This document shows, in pieces, positions 43,428 to 52,793 of a stretch of 64,000 bases of DNA. The notes beneath the pieces were generated by a model. It saw only the letters and a program-made list of their open reading frames with translations. It was not told the origin of the DNA and ran no database searches. Positions within the stretch are counted from its first letter, which is position 1. Each line of letters opens with the position of its first letter. The DNA is taken from the NCBI GenBank assembly GCA_963674865.2, contig CAXXYE010000006.1, forward strand, positions 216,372-280,371, written 5' to 3'. The stretch comes from Candidatus Hydrogenedentota bacterium (lineage in GTDB: Bacteria; Hydrogenedentota; Hydrogenedentia; Hydrogenedentales; SLHB01). A program made the translations under genes and the position numbers.

Positions 43428-44357
43428 TCAAGTGTGCCACCGCCGCCGCTCATCAAACCTATGCAGCCCCGCGTCTTCGGCCGCCGCCATTGCTTGGAGA
43501 TACTCCTCACGCGTGAGCCGGCGATTCAACGGCGGAAGCCCCGTCGCCCGGTAACAGGGCCGGTATTGATCCATGATGTTGATGTAGGTGTCTTTCGACA
43601 CGTTCTCGGCGAGAAAACGGGCAATCTCGGCGGTGCCGGCAAGTCCTTCCGGAAGCACCAGATGGCGGACGAGCAATCCTCGTCGGGCCACGCCGTGAGC
43701 GTCGAGGGCCAAGTCGCCCACTTGCCGGTGCATTTCGATGATCCCGGCATGGTTCGCTGCCGGATACTCCGGCACGCCCGAGTACTCTCGAGCCGTGGCT
43801 TCATCGGCGTACTTCATATCCGGCATGTAGATGTCGACAATGCCGTCCAGTTGCCTTAGCGTCTCAAGTGAATCGTAGCCGCCCGTGTTGTACACGAGCG
43901 GGAGGGACAGCCTATGCGCCGCGGCGATGCACAATGCATCGAGTATCTGCGAAACCACGTGCGACGGACTCACGAGATTGATGTTGTGGCAACCGAGGTG
44001 TTCGAGTTGCAGCATCATGCCCGCGAGTTGCTCTGCCGTTACTTCACGCCCTTCCCCCTCGACGCTCAACTCGTAGTTCTGACAGAACCGGCACTTGAGA
44101 TTGCAGAAGGAGAAGAAGACCGTGCCAGAGCCGTGCGATCCCACAAGCGGGGCCTCCTCGCCGAAGTGGGACTGAAAACTACACACCCGGGCATCCTCGC
44201 CGGTACAGCACGCCCCCTCTTCTCCCTTCAGGCGGTTGACGCGGCACACACGGGCGCAGATATCGCAATCCGCCAGACGCGCCCGGGCCTCTTCGGCGCG
44301 CTCCTTCAGGAGGCCGCTTGCGTGGGCCTTGATGTAGGCCGCCTCGAATTCGGCCAT
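43428..44357 (-). CDS. PflX-like radical SAM protein
   Basis: CDICARVC, HFGEEAPL, GSGTVFF..CNLKCRFCQN, GCHNINLVSPSH, DIYMPDMKY, VRHLVLP, QYRP. Confidence 0.9.
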   Translation of the reverse strand: MAEFEAAYIKAHASGLLKERAEEARARLADCDICARVCRVNRLKGEEGACCTGEDARVCSFQSHFGEEAPLVGSHGSGTVFFSFCNLKCRFCQNYELSVEGEGREVTAEQLAGMMLQLEHLGCHNINLVSPSHVVSQILDALCIAAAHRLSLPLVYNTGGYDSLETLRQLDGIVDIYMPDMKYADEATAREYSGVPEYPAANHAGIIEMHRQVGDLALDAHGVARRGLLVRHLVLPEGLAGTAEIARFLAENVSKDTYINIMDQYRPCYRATGLPPLNRRLTREEYLQAMAAAEDAGLHRFDERRRWHT

Positions 44358-44440
44358 GGCATTCCTCGCCCCCTCCAGAACAGAATACCACGAACGCCCG
44401 GCGTGAAGAGGCTTGAGATACGGCGCCGCAGGCGACCCCG

Positions 44441-45325
44441 CTATTCCCCGGCGACGATGAGGTCGATCCGCTCGGAGAGGTCCTTCAGGTAGGCTTCATC
44501 ACCGCTGTGCAACTCAGGTGTCACGAAGCCTTCGTAGCCTACTTCATCGAGAGCGCGGCGCACCTCCGGCCAGTTGACGTCGCCATCGCGCAGATTCGTC
44601 CACTCGCGTCCATCCTTCTTGAAATCCTTCAGATGGATCTTTGCGATACGCCCGCCTAGCGTGCGGATCCAGTCCTGAGGCCAGCCGAAAGCGACCACAT
44701 TGCCCACATCGAAGTAGGCGCGCAGCCAGGGGCTGTCGAACTCGTCCACATAGCGCGCGAATTCGAGGGGACTCAGCAGGAAGTTGTTCCACACGTTCTC
44801 GACGCAAATCAGGATCTCCAGTTCCTCCGCCAGCGGAAACAGCTTCGGGATGTGCTCTTGCGAGCGTTTGTACGCGTCGACGTATCGTACGCGCTCGTTG
44901 ACGACGGCGGGCACGAGTAACACCGTGTCCGCACCAAACGCCTTCGCCGTGCGAAGCGCCCCTTCCATTCCCTTCAGGCCGGCGTCAATAACGGCCGAGT
45001 TGGGATCGGAGAAGGGGGCCTTCCAGCCGCCGTAGCACACCGAGTGGATCGGCACGCCCGCCGTGCGAGCCAGATCACCCAGACGCTTCGCGGTGCCGAG
45101 ATCCTCCATCGGATACGCTTCGATGCCTTCGAATCCGCAGGCCCGCGCCAACTCGAGCTTCTCATCGTCGGGCAGCTCCTTCGGCAACATACCTAGTTGT
45201 AGCGCCTTCCGAAATCGCGGCGACGCTCCCAACTCGGCCCCTGCGCGTGTCGATGCCGCCGCCAAGGCCGATACGGCCGCGCTGCACTTCAGAAAACCAC
45301 GGCGATCCATCGGTTCAGGTGACAT
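44441..45325 (-). CDS. Tat-exported sugar phosphate isomerase/epimerase (xylose isomerase-like TIM barrel)
   Basis: DRRGFLK, VLLVP, ENVWNNFLLSP, YFDVGN, IHLKDF. Confidence 0.88.
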   Translation of the reverse strand: MSPEPMDRRGFLKCSAAVSALAAASTRAGAELGASPRFRKALQLGMLPKELPDDEKLELARACGFEGIEAYPMEDLGTAKRLGDLARTAGVPIHSVCYGGWKAPFSDPNSAVIDAGLKGMEGALRTAKAFGADTVLLVPAVVNERVRYVDAYKRSQEHIPKLFPLAEELEILICVENVWNNFLLSPLEFARYVDEFDSPWLRAYFDVGNVVAFGWPQDWIRTLGGRIAKIHLKDFKKDGREWTNLRDGDVNWPEVRRALDEVGYEGFVTPELHSGDEAYLKDLSERIDLIVAGE

Positions 45326-45347
45326 GAATTCTTGCCTCCAAAGACAC

Positions 45348-46703
45348 CTACACTGGCAGCTCCCACGGCTTGCGGTAGTGCGGTTGGATGTACTCATTAG
45401 CCTCGCGGTCACCGACGATAGTCCCCGTGGCCTCGTCCCAGTGAAGCTTCCGGCCCAGCGCGTAGGAAGCGTTGCCCAGGTTGAGCGCCACGTGCACATT
45501 GTAGTGATAGCTCACATCGCAGCTCGGCAACGCGCGCGACTTCACGCAGTCGAGGAATTCCCGCTGGTGGCCCGGTGATCGCGGCAAACTCTTCTCGGGC
45601 AGTTCCACGCCCTCGATCCGGCTTGCCTCGCCGATCAGTTCGTGGTTGTGGTACGTAGATTTGAGCGTCCCGTTGACGCCGTGAAACGTGATGCCCAGCC
45701 GGCGCTGAAGCCCTTGGCCCGCGTGAAACGGCCCGCCGAAGCTGTTGGCGCACATGTTCGACCACGTAACCAGCAGGTTGTCAAACTCGAAGGCCGCCTC
45801 CATCGTATCGGGAATCGTGCTGATATCCTTCGTGGCGAACTTCCCGCCCGACGCCGATACGGCCCGCGGCGGGCCGAGCTGCAGCGCCCAAAAAGGAAGG
45901 TCAACAATGTGCGGCCCCATCTCGTGCAGCCAGCTCCCCACGATATCCGCGAAGTAGCGGTGTTGACCGTCCTTGAAGCGGCCGATATTGAAGGGCACCT
46001 CCGGATTCGGCCCAATCCACATGTCCCAATCCAAGTCGTCGGGCGGATCGGTATCCGGCGGGAAACCGATGCCGTCGGGCGCTTCGTTCAGGGACAATAG
46101 CGTGCGCACCGCGCTGATATCGCCGAGCATGCCCGAGCGCACGATCTCCACCACGCGATGGTAGTTCTCGTCGGCGTGGATCTGGGTACCAATCTGAGTG
46201 ACGCGATGATTCAGCCGGGCCGCCTTCACCATGGCCCGCCCCTCGATGGGCGTGCGGCACATGGGCTTCTCGCAATACACGTCTTTCCCGGCCTGGCACG
46301 CCAGCACCGTCATCAAAGCGTGCCAATGGGGCGGCGGCGCAATAACCACCGCATCGAGATCCTTGCGGTCCAGCACGCGACGGAAATCGCTGTAGCCTTT
46401 CGCCTTGCCTTGCGTAGCGGCGAGTGCCTTCTCCAGGTGGGGTTTGTACACATCGCATATGGCCGCCACGCGGACGTCATCGTACTTCATGAACTCGCGC
46501 ATGAGTGCGCTGCCTCGCCCGGCAACACCGATGAAGCCGATAACGACGGTATCTCCCGGCGTCGCCTTGCCCGGGCGCGATGAAGCTAGAATTTTCGGCG
46601 CCGTGGCACGGGCCATCATGTTGCTGCACCCGGCGCCCATCCCGGCCGCTGCCGCAGCCCCTGAGGACATCCGAAGGAATCGTCTGCGCGATATATTTGC
46701 CAT
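45348..46703 (-). CDS. Tat-exported Gfo/Idh/MocA oxidoreductase
   Basis: SRRRFL, IGVAGRG, PPHWHA, DVYCEKP, LDWDMWIGP. Confidence 0.9.
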   Translation of the reverse strand: MANISRRRFLRMSSGAAAAAGMGAGCSNMMARATAPKILASSRPGKATPGDTVVIGFIGVAGRGSALMREFMKYDDVRVAAICDVYKPHLEKALAATQGKAKGYSDFRRVLDRKDLDAVVIAPPPHWHALMTVLACQAGKDVYCEKPMCRTPIEGRAMVKAARLNHRVTQIGTQIHADENYHRVVEIVRSGMLGDISAVRTLLSLNEAPDGIGFPPDTDPPDDLDWDMWIGPNPEVPFNIGRFKDGQHRYFADIVGSWLHEMGPHIVDLPFWALQLGPPRAVSASGGKFATKDISTIPDTMEAAFEFDNLLVTWSNMCANSFGGPFHAGQGLQRRLGITFHGVNGTLKSTYHNHELIGEASRIEGVELPEKSLPRSPGHQREFLDCVKSRALPSCDVSYHYNVHVALNLGNASYALGRKLHWDEATGTIVGDREANEYIQPHYRKPWELPV

Positions 46704-46756
46704 GTTCAGGCCCTCCCCTTGTATCGAGCAAAGCCTACGCGGCGAGCAGGGGCGGT

Positions 46757-48016
46757 TCAAGCATCCTGGCGAAGTTCAAGTCTCGCCAGCACTTCAACGT
46801 GTCCCGTGTGGGGAAACATATCCACAGCCTGAAGGCCTACCAGCCGGTGCGTATCGAGCAATGCGGGCAACTCAGACGCCAGAACCGTCGGCTTGCAGGA
46901 TACGTAAAGCAGGTGCGCCGGGCGCAGTTCGATAAGGCGACGCAGGGCCTTCGGGTGAAGCCCGGCGCGCGGCGGATCGACGATAACGGCGTGCCCTGAG
47001 GGCAGCCCGCCCTCATCCCGTGTCTCGCGCAGGTAGTGCCGCATTTCCTGGTGCTCGAATCGAACGTTTTCCACGCCGTTTGCCGCTGCGTTGTATCGGC
47101 CGTCTTCCGTGGCCGTGGCCACCGATTCCACGGACACCACGTTATCCACCAAGTCCGCGCAACTCAGGGCAATGCCGCCCGAGCCGCCGTAGAGGTCGTA
47201 GAGAATGCTGGGTGATACTTGCCGTACCCACGCCCGGATCGCGCCGTACAGCGTCTCGGCCGCGAGCGTGTTTGTCTGGAAGAAGCTGAATGGAGAGATC
47301 CGGAAGCGAAGCCGGCGCACACCGGAGTCGTCGGGGACCTCAAGGTGTTCCTCGATGCTGGGCACACCGTGGAGCAAGTCCAACTCTTCGCCGAAGGCGA
47401 TCACGGCCATGCCGCGGTACACGGCGTGCCACAGGCTATCGGCGGGGTAGGTTGAGGCAACAGTCTCCACAAAGGACGTCTTGTTGAACGCTCCGTCGCC
47501 GGTGATAAGAGCCACCATACGCTGGCCGCTTCGCACGCCGACGCGAACCAGGAGTGCTTTCAGCAGGCCCTCCTTCTGCCGCGAATCAAACGCTCGCAGG
47601 CCTTCAGCGCGGAGCCAAGCGCGGACGCCATCGAGTAGGGATGATGTCCCTTCCGGCCCGATACGGCATTCGGCAATGTCCAGGGGCCAATACCACTTCC
47701 CCTTACGCCGGAAGCCAACAACCGTCTCGCGCTCGAAGCCTTTCGGCGGCGGCTCGGGATACCGTTTCCGGCCGAAGGAGAAATCCACCTTATTGCGGTA
47801 GTGCCATATGTCCGGAGATGGCGCGACGGGGATGGCCCCGCCCCAGAACGCATCGAAGAGCGTGCGGAGCTGCGCTTCCTTGTGCGCCAATTGCTCCTCG
47901 TAAGGGACGTCCTGGAAGGCGCAGCCGCCGCATTCGCCGAAATGAGGGCAAAGGAATGGATCGGGCCCGCCGTGCGTGTTGGCCGGAGCACCGGCGAGTC
48001 CTTCGTTATAACCCAC
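46757..48016 (-). CDS. rlmD: 23S rRNA m5U methyltransferase (RlmD/TrmA family)
   Basis: CPHFGECGGC, YRNKV, SFFQTN, DLYGGSG, VDPPRAG, YVSC.P, DMFPHT.HVE. Confidence 0.9.
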   Translation of the reverse strand: MGYNEGLAGAPANTHGGPDPFLCPHFGECGGCAFQDVPYEEQLAHKEAQLRTLFDAFWGGAIPVAPSPDIWHYRNKVDFSFGRKRYPEPPPKGFERETVVGFRRKGKWYWPLDIAECRIGPEGTSSLLDGVRAWLRAEGLRAFDSRQKEGLLKALLVRVGVRSGQRMVALITGDGAFNKTSFVETVASTYPADSLWHAVYRGMAVIAFGEELDLLHGVPSIEEHLEVPDDSGVRRLRFRISPFSFFQTNTLAAETLYGAIRAWVRQVSPSILYDLYGGSGGIALSCADLVDNVVSVESVATATEDGRYNAAANGVENVRFEHQEMRHYLRETRDEGGLPSGHAVIVDPPRAGLHPKALRRLIELRPAHLLYVSCKPTVLASELPALLDTHRLVGLQAVDMFPHTGHVEVLARLELRQDA

Positions 48017-48020
48017 GGCG

Positions 48021-48824
48021 CTAGTGTTCCTCGTCCGCGGCAGGCTTGGCCGACGGTAGAGTACTCTTTGATCTCGTCAAAGGGACGAACCCAACCGACA
48101 TAACATTTCGTTTCACGATAGCGCCGTCTTTCTCTTTCTCCACAAGCATCAGGCTTTGAACCTGGAAGGGCGGCCCCACGGGGATGGCCATCCGGCCGCC
48201 CGGCTTGAGTTGCTCAATGAGGGGCGGAGGAATGTGGCTCGCCGCCGCCGTCACGATGATACAGTCATACGGCCCGTGTTCCGGCCAGCCATAGTAGCCG
48301 TCGCCAATTCGCGTGTAGATGTTGCTATAGCCCAACCGCTCCAGCCGCGATCGAGCCGCCTCTCCGAGTTCCTGGATGATTTCGATCGTGTATACCTCTT
48401 TGGCGACGTGGCCGAGAACCGCCGCCTGGTAGCCGGAGCCGGTGCCTACTTCCAGCGCCACAGCCTCGTCGTCGGGCTTCAGCATCTCCGTCATATAGGC
48501 CACGATGTACGGCTGGGAGATGGTTTGGCCATATCCGATGGGCAGCGGGCAATCGGCGTAAGCACGGGCACGCGCCTTCTCCGGCACAAACTCATGCCGC
48601 TTCACCGCCCGCATCGCGGCCAAAACCTTCTCATCTCTGACGGGCTTCCGAAATGTCCGATGGCCTCCGGCGATATCCCGCTGCACCATGCGTTCTCGCG
48701 TTTCTTTGAACGCATCTTCGTCGTCATCATTCGCCTCAGCACCGGCCAGGAACGAAAACGCCGTCAAGCCGATGGCGCACACAACGGCCGCGCGAAGCGA
48801 ACACAAAAGGCCCTTGCTGGCCAT
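48021..48824 (-). CDS. pcm: Protein-L-isoaspartate O-methyltransferase with signal peptide-like N-terminus
   Basis: LPIGYGQTISQPYIVA, LEVGTGSGYQAA, GDGYYGWPE, IIVTAA. Confidence 0.93.
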   Translation of the reverse strand: MASKGLLCSLRAAVVCAIGLTAFSFLAGAEANDDDEDAFKETRERMVQRDIAGGHRTFRKPVRDEKVLAAMRAVKRHEFVPEKARARAYADCPLPIGYGQTISQPYIVAYMTEMLKPDDEAVALEVGTGSGYQAAVLGHVAKEVYTIEIIQELGEAARSRLERLGYSNIYTRIGDGYYGWPEHGPYDCIIVTAAASHIPPPLIEQLKPGGRMAIPVGPPFQVQSLMLVEKEKDGAIVKRNVMSVGFVPLTRSKSTLPSAKPAADEEH

Positions 48825-48896
48825 GCCTGCCTCCTCGCGGTGCTCCACAGCCCGGCAGAACCAATCGATCACACCAAGAATCGGCGGCATTGTCAA

Positions 48897-48912
48897 GCGC
48901 CGTGCCGGTAGG
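48897..48912 (+). repeat. Left target-site duplication GCGCCGTGCCGGTAGG
   Basis: Identical to 50495-50510. Confidence 0.95.
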
Positions 48913-50494
48913 TGTCGCGACTCTTTGATAGTGTCACCCCCTCGACTCATTAGAAATGTCACAATTGGAGCCTTTCACTTGGAGGGCTGCCGTGGAAGGG
49001 CATTTGAAGATGAGTCGCAAGGAATTGATGCGTAAGTCGTTGTTGGAGCTTGTTGTGGGAAAGCATATGACCCTGGCGGAAGCGGCGCGGCGCATGGAAG
49101 TGAGCTACCGGCAGGCGCTGCGGATACACGCACGCTTCGTGTCAGAGGGAGATGAGGGGTTGGTGCATCGCAACCGGGGCCGGGCGTCTAATCGAGCCAA
49201 GCCTGCCGCGTTCCGGGACAAAGTCCTTCGGCGCTATCAGGAACGCTATAGAGAACACGATTTGGGGCCGACCCTGGCCGCGGAGAAGCTGGCGGAGGAA
49301 GGCCTGTGCATCGACCACGAGACGTTACGGCGCTGGCTGCTTGAGCAGGGGCTCTGGGCGAAGGGAGACACCGGGCGCCGGCATCGCTCCCGCAGGGAGC
49401 GGCGAGCCCATTTCGGAGAGCTGGTGCAGATGGATGGGAGTCACCACCACTGGTTCGGGCCGGACCAAGGCCAAACTTGTCTGATGAACATGATAGATGA
49501 CGCCACAGGAGAAACCTTGGCGCTCATGGCCGAGCAAGAAACGAAGCAGGCCGCCATGCAGCTTCTGTGGCGGTGGATCGAGAAATACGGTATTCCTCGG
49601 GCGCTGTATACGGACCGAAAGAACGTCTACATCACCGGCCGGGAGCCCACGCTCGAAGAGCAACTGGCGGGGCGCGAGCCGCTGACTCAATTCGGAGAGG
49701 CCTGCTATAAGCTGGGAATCGTCATCATCCCCGCGACTTCGCCTCAAGCCAAAGGCCGCGTCGAGCGCTCCAACGGCACATACCAGAACCGGTTCGTCAA
49801 GGAACTCGCCTTGCGGCGCATCACCACCATCGCCACCGCCGACAAGCTGCTCTACGAAAGCTTTTGTGACGCTCTGAACGCCAAGTTCGCCATTGCGCCC
49901 CGTGAGGAACTGGACTATCACCGTCCTCCACCCAAAGGCCTTGAGCTGCATGACATTTTTTGCTTCGAGGAACTGCGCGTCGTCCAAAACGACTGGACCG
50001 TCCGTTTCGGGAATCATTACTACCAAATCCTCAAGAACAACAGTCCTCTGCCCCGGCCCAAAGACAGGATTCTGGTCCGCACCCATCTGCACGGCGGCAT
50101 CAGGCTGCTCTACAAAGACCAGGACCTTGACTACCGCAGGCTCACGGTCAAGCAATACAAACGAGAAGGGCAGCAACGAGTCCAACAGGTCCAGCCCCCC
50201 GCCAAGCCCAAGAAGAAGAACGCTCCCCCCGCGCCCTACAAGCGCTGGCGGCCCAACGTCCAACGCCTACCTCTCATGAACGCAAAAGAAAGGTGAGCAC
50301 GCGAGTTACCCACATATCCACATCCTCGACGAGCGCTATGCGCCCGCGCGCTTCGCGCTGGATGTGGATATGACGGTCTGGGGACAGCTGCTACGCACCT
50401 GACCACAGACCTTGGATAACTCGCTTCTGCAACCATCGAGCATAGGACATTTCTAATGAGTCCCAACATGTGACATTTCTAAAGAGTCTTGACA
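48913..50494 (+). mobile_element. IS1202-family (formerly ISNCY) insertion sequence, 1582 bp
   Basis: TGT...ACA ends; subterminal repeated motif GACTC(A/T)TTAGAAATGTC twice per end; flanked by 16-bp direct repeat; DDE transposase. Confidence 0.93.
48992..50296 (+). CDS. DDE transposase (IS1202/IS481-like)
   Basis: N-terminal HTH, GLVHRNRGR, GELVQMDGS, LYTDRK, PQAKGRVER; GGAGG before GTG 48992. Confidence 0.93.
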   Translation: MEGHLKMSRKELMRKSLLELVVGKHMTLAEAARRMEVSYRQALRIHARFVSEGDEGLVHRNRGRASNRAKPAAFRDKVLRRYQERYREHDLGPTLAAEKLAEEGLCIDHETLRRWLLEQGLWAKGDTGRRHRSRRERRAHFGELVQMDGSHHHWFGPDQGQTCLMNMIDDATGETLALMAEQETKQAAMQLLWRWIEKYGIPRALYTDRKNVYITGREPTLEEQLAGREPLTQFGEACYKLGIVIIPATSPQAKGRVERSNGTYQNRFVKELALRRITTIATADKLLYESFCDALNAKFAIAPREELDYHRPPPKGLELHDIFCFEELRVVQNDWTVRFGNHYYQILKNNSPLPRPKDRILVRTHLHGGIRLLYKDQDLDYRRLTVKQYKREGQQRVQQVQPPAKPKKKNAPPAPYKRWRPNVQRLPLMNAKER

Positions 50495-50510
50495 GCGCCG
50501 TGCCGGTAGG
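50495..50510 (+). repeat. Right target-site duplication GCGCCGTGCCGGTAGG
   Basis: Identical to 48897-48912. Confidence 0.95.
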
Positions 50511-50663
50511 AAGGGCCCCATCATAGAGGATACGCACCCTATCAACAAAACGCTGTCCTCAAGTGTCCTCGGCCTAACCAACCTAGCCACGGGCAATTCT
50601 GGAAGGCCGCAAGGAGGAAGATGTATAGTCGATGGAGACTTGGAGAGGAGGCTCGGCCTGGCA

Positions 50664-51530
50664 ATGCCGGAAACCTATGATGTAACCATTGCCATCCCGA
50701 CGCGGGACGCCGGCCCGAGCTTCAAGCGGACACTTGAGGCCGTCCGCGGCCAAGACACCGCGCGCTCCGTCGAGGTATTGGCAGCGGATTCGCAGAGCAG
50801 CGACAGCACCTTGGGACTGCTCTCGGCCCATGGGGCACGCGTGTTGCAGGTTCCCCGCGCGCCTTTCGACTGGGGCCGTGTTCGGGAGATACTGTTTCAA
50901 GAGGCGCGCGCTCCGATTGTGGTGAACCTGTCGCAGGATGCGGTGCCGGCACGTGCGGACTGGCTCGAGAAGCTCCTTGCACCCCTGAGCGATCCTGAAG
51001 TCGGCGTATCCTGCGGGTCGTCGATTCCGGACTCGGAGCGGAGTTTTCGACAGTTCCAGTGGGAGCTGAACGGCTACTACTACTTCACCAGGGAGATACG
51101 AAAATTCACGGCGCGCTATGGAAAGGGCGTCTCGTTCGCCAACGCGGCCGTGCCGCGTCGCGTGTGGGAGCGGCTTCACTTCGATCCGCAACCGACGGGC
51201 GAGGACTTCCAGTTTCAGATGAAGCTCCACGGCGCGGGCTTGCACATTGTCTTCCCCGAAGATGCCCCGGTGCTGCACCACCACAATTACACCTTGCCCG
51301 CCGTTCTCAAGCGGAGTCACAACGAGGGGTTTGCCTTGCGGCGGATGGGATGTCCCTACTCGGAACTCGATCTGCTCCTGGATCTCGTCAGCCCCGCCAA
51401 GTATCTCCAGTGGCTGCGGGAGATCAAGCGCGGCAGCCTCCGTTCGGCCGCCGAATGGGCCTACCCTTTCACGCGGCCCTGGGCCGTGTACGCGGGCAGC
51501 CGCTTCGCTCGGAGGTACCTATGGTACTGA
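50664..51530 (+). CDS. Glycosyltransferase family 2 (rhamnosyltransferase-like)
   Basis: IAIPT, DSQSSD, LSQDA, GED motifs. Confidence 0.85.
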   Translation: MPETYDVTIAIPTRDAGPSFKRTLEAVRGQDTARSVEVLAADSQSSDSTLGLLSAHGARVLQVPRAPFDWGRVREILFQEARAPIVVNLSQDAVPARADWLEKLLAPLSDPEVGVSCGSSIPDSERSFRQFQWELNGYYYFTREIRKFTARYGKGVSFANAAVPRRVWERLHFDPQPTGEDFQFQMKLHGAGLHIVFPEDAPVLHHHNYTLPAVLKRSHNEGFALRRMGCPYSELDLLLDLVSPAKYLQWLREIKRGSLRSAAEWAYPFTRPWAVYAGSRFARRYLWY

Positions 51531-52273
51531 ACGGCGACGTCCGCAGGTATTACCGAGACAACCCCCTCATGGTGAGTTCGCCCTTCGGCGGCGTCGACCA
51601 CGTGAATGACACGCTCCTGCGCAATGTGCTGGCTACCCTCGACATCTCGCTGGCCGGACAACGTGTTCTGGACGTAGGTTGTGGACGCGGCTATGCGGGC
51701 GAAGTCATTGAGGCGGCGGGCGGCGCGTATTTCGGTGTCGATACCCTTGCCAGCCGCACCGGATTCAAATTAACCCTCGCCGACGCCGAGGAACTGCCTT
51801 TCGCGAACGAGAGCTTCGGCCGAGTATGCTGCATTGACGCCTTTGAGCATTTTGTCGATCAGGGCCGTGCCGCCAGGGAATTCCGCCGCGTGCTGCGGCC
51901 TGACGGTTGTGTGTTCCTGTCGGCGCCGAACTACGCCAATATAGCCGGACTCGTGAAGAAGTTCAGTGAGACAATCGGCGGCTACGAGAAGAACACTTGG
52001 GCGCCGTTTCGTAACTGGCAACCCCAGGCGCTCGAGCAGATGCTCACCCCGAGCCGGGTGAAGCGTGTATTCCGCGATGCCGGATTCCCACGGATGCGTT
52101 GGATAGGGCACGGCGCCGAGGTAGGCCTTGGCCTGTTTCCCTGGATCGAGCACTCCCGGATGCCCGAGGCCCTGAGATTCCGGATCCAGCGCTTCTGGGG
52201 CCTTGTCGGGCCGGCAGTAGCGCGCGTTTGGCGCGGCGCAAGTCTGCACACCTTCTGGAAGATCGAGGTATGA
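51521..52273 (+). CDS. Class I SAM-dependent methyltransferase
   Basis: VLDVGCGRG, ADAEELPF, FEH, RRVLRPDG; GGAGG before ATG 51521. Confidence 0.88.
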   Translation: MVLNGDVRRYYRDNPLMVSSPFGGVDHVNDTLLRNVLATLDISLAGQRVLDVGCGRGYAGEVIEAAGGAYFGVDTLASRTGFKLTLADAEELPFANESFGRVCCIDAFEHFVDQGRAAREFRRVLRPDGCVFLSAPNYANIAGLVKKFSETIGGYEKNTWAPFRNWQPQALEQMLTPSRVKRVFRDAGFPRMRWIGHGAEVGLGLFPWIEHSRMPEALRFRIQRFWGLVGPAVARVWRGASLHTFWKIEV

Positions 52274-52274
52274 G

Positions 52275-52793
52275 ATGACGCTGAGACACATCGTCCAAAA
52301 GCTGAAACTGCGCTATGGGTCGCAGGAAACCGTCATCAACACCCTCCGCCAGATGGGTGTCCGCATCGGCGAGCGCTGCCGCATCTATACCGCCGACTTC
52401 GGCTGCGAGCCGTGGCTCATCCGGATCGGCGATCACGTGTGTATCTCGAACGACGTGACGTTCGTGAATCACGACCTGAACTGGCCGTTCCAGGACAAGT
52501 ACGAGTCGCTCACGGGATTCGGTACGATCGAGATCCGCGATAACTGCCAAATCGGCATCCGCGCGACGATCCTGCAGGGTGTCACGATCGGGCCGAACGC
52601 GATTGTCGGCGCATGCAGCGTCGTCACGAAGGACGTGCCGCCCAACACGGTAGTGGCGGGCAATCCTGCGCGCATCATCTGCACCATGGATGAATACGAG
52701 CAGAAGTGCCTGGCGCGGCACATTGACATCCCCAAAGGCCGCGACGCCGCGCGGCGGGTGCTCGAGCGGCATTTCTGGAAGGACGAGGGATGA
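52275..52793 (+). CDS. Hexapeptide-repeat O-acyltransferase
   Basis: IGERC, IGDHVCI, GVTIGPNAIVGACSVVTKDVP..VVAGNPA. Confidence 0.9.
   Translation: MTLRHIVQKLKLRYGSQETVINTLRQMGVRIGERCRIYTADFGCEPWLIRIGDHVCISNDVTFVNHDLNWPFQDKYESLTGFGTIEIRDNCQIGIRATILQGVTIGPNAIVGACSVVTKDVPPNTVVAGNPARIICTMDEYEQKCLARHIDIPKGRDAARRVLERHFWKDEG

Noticed and set aside
50297..50430. Guide-like match between IS structure loops and the 16-bp target
   Set aside because: Only ~5-nt GC-rich matches, not above chance
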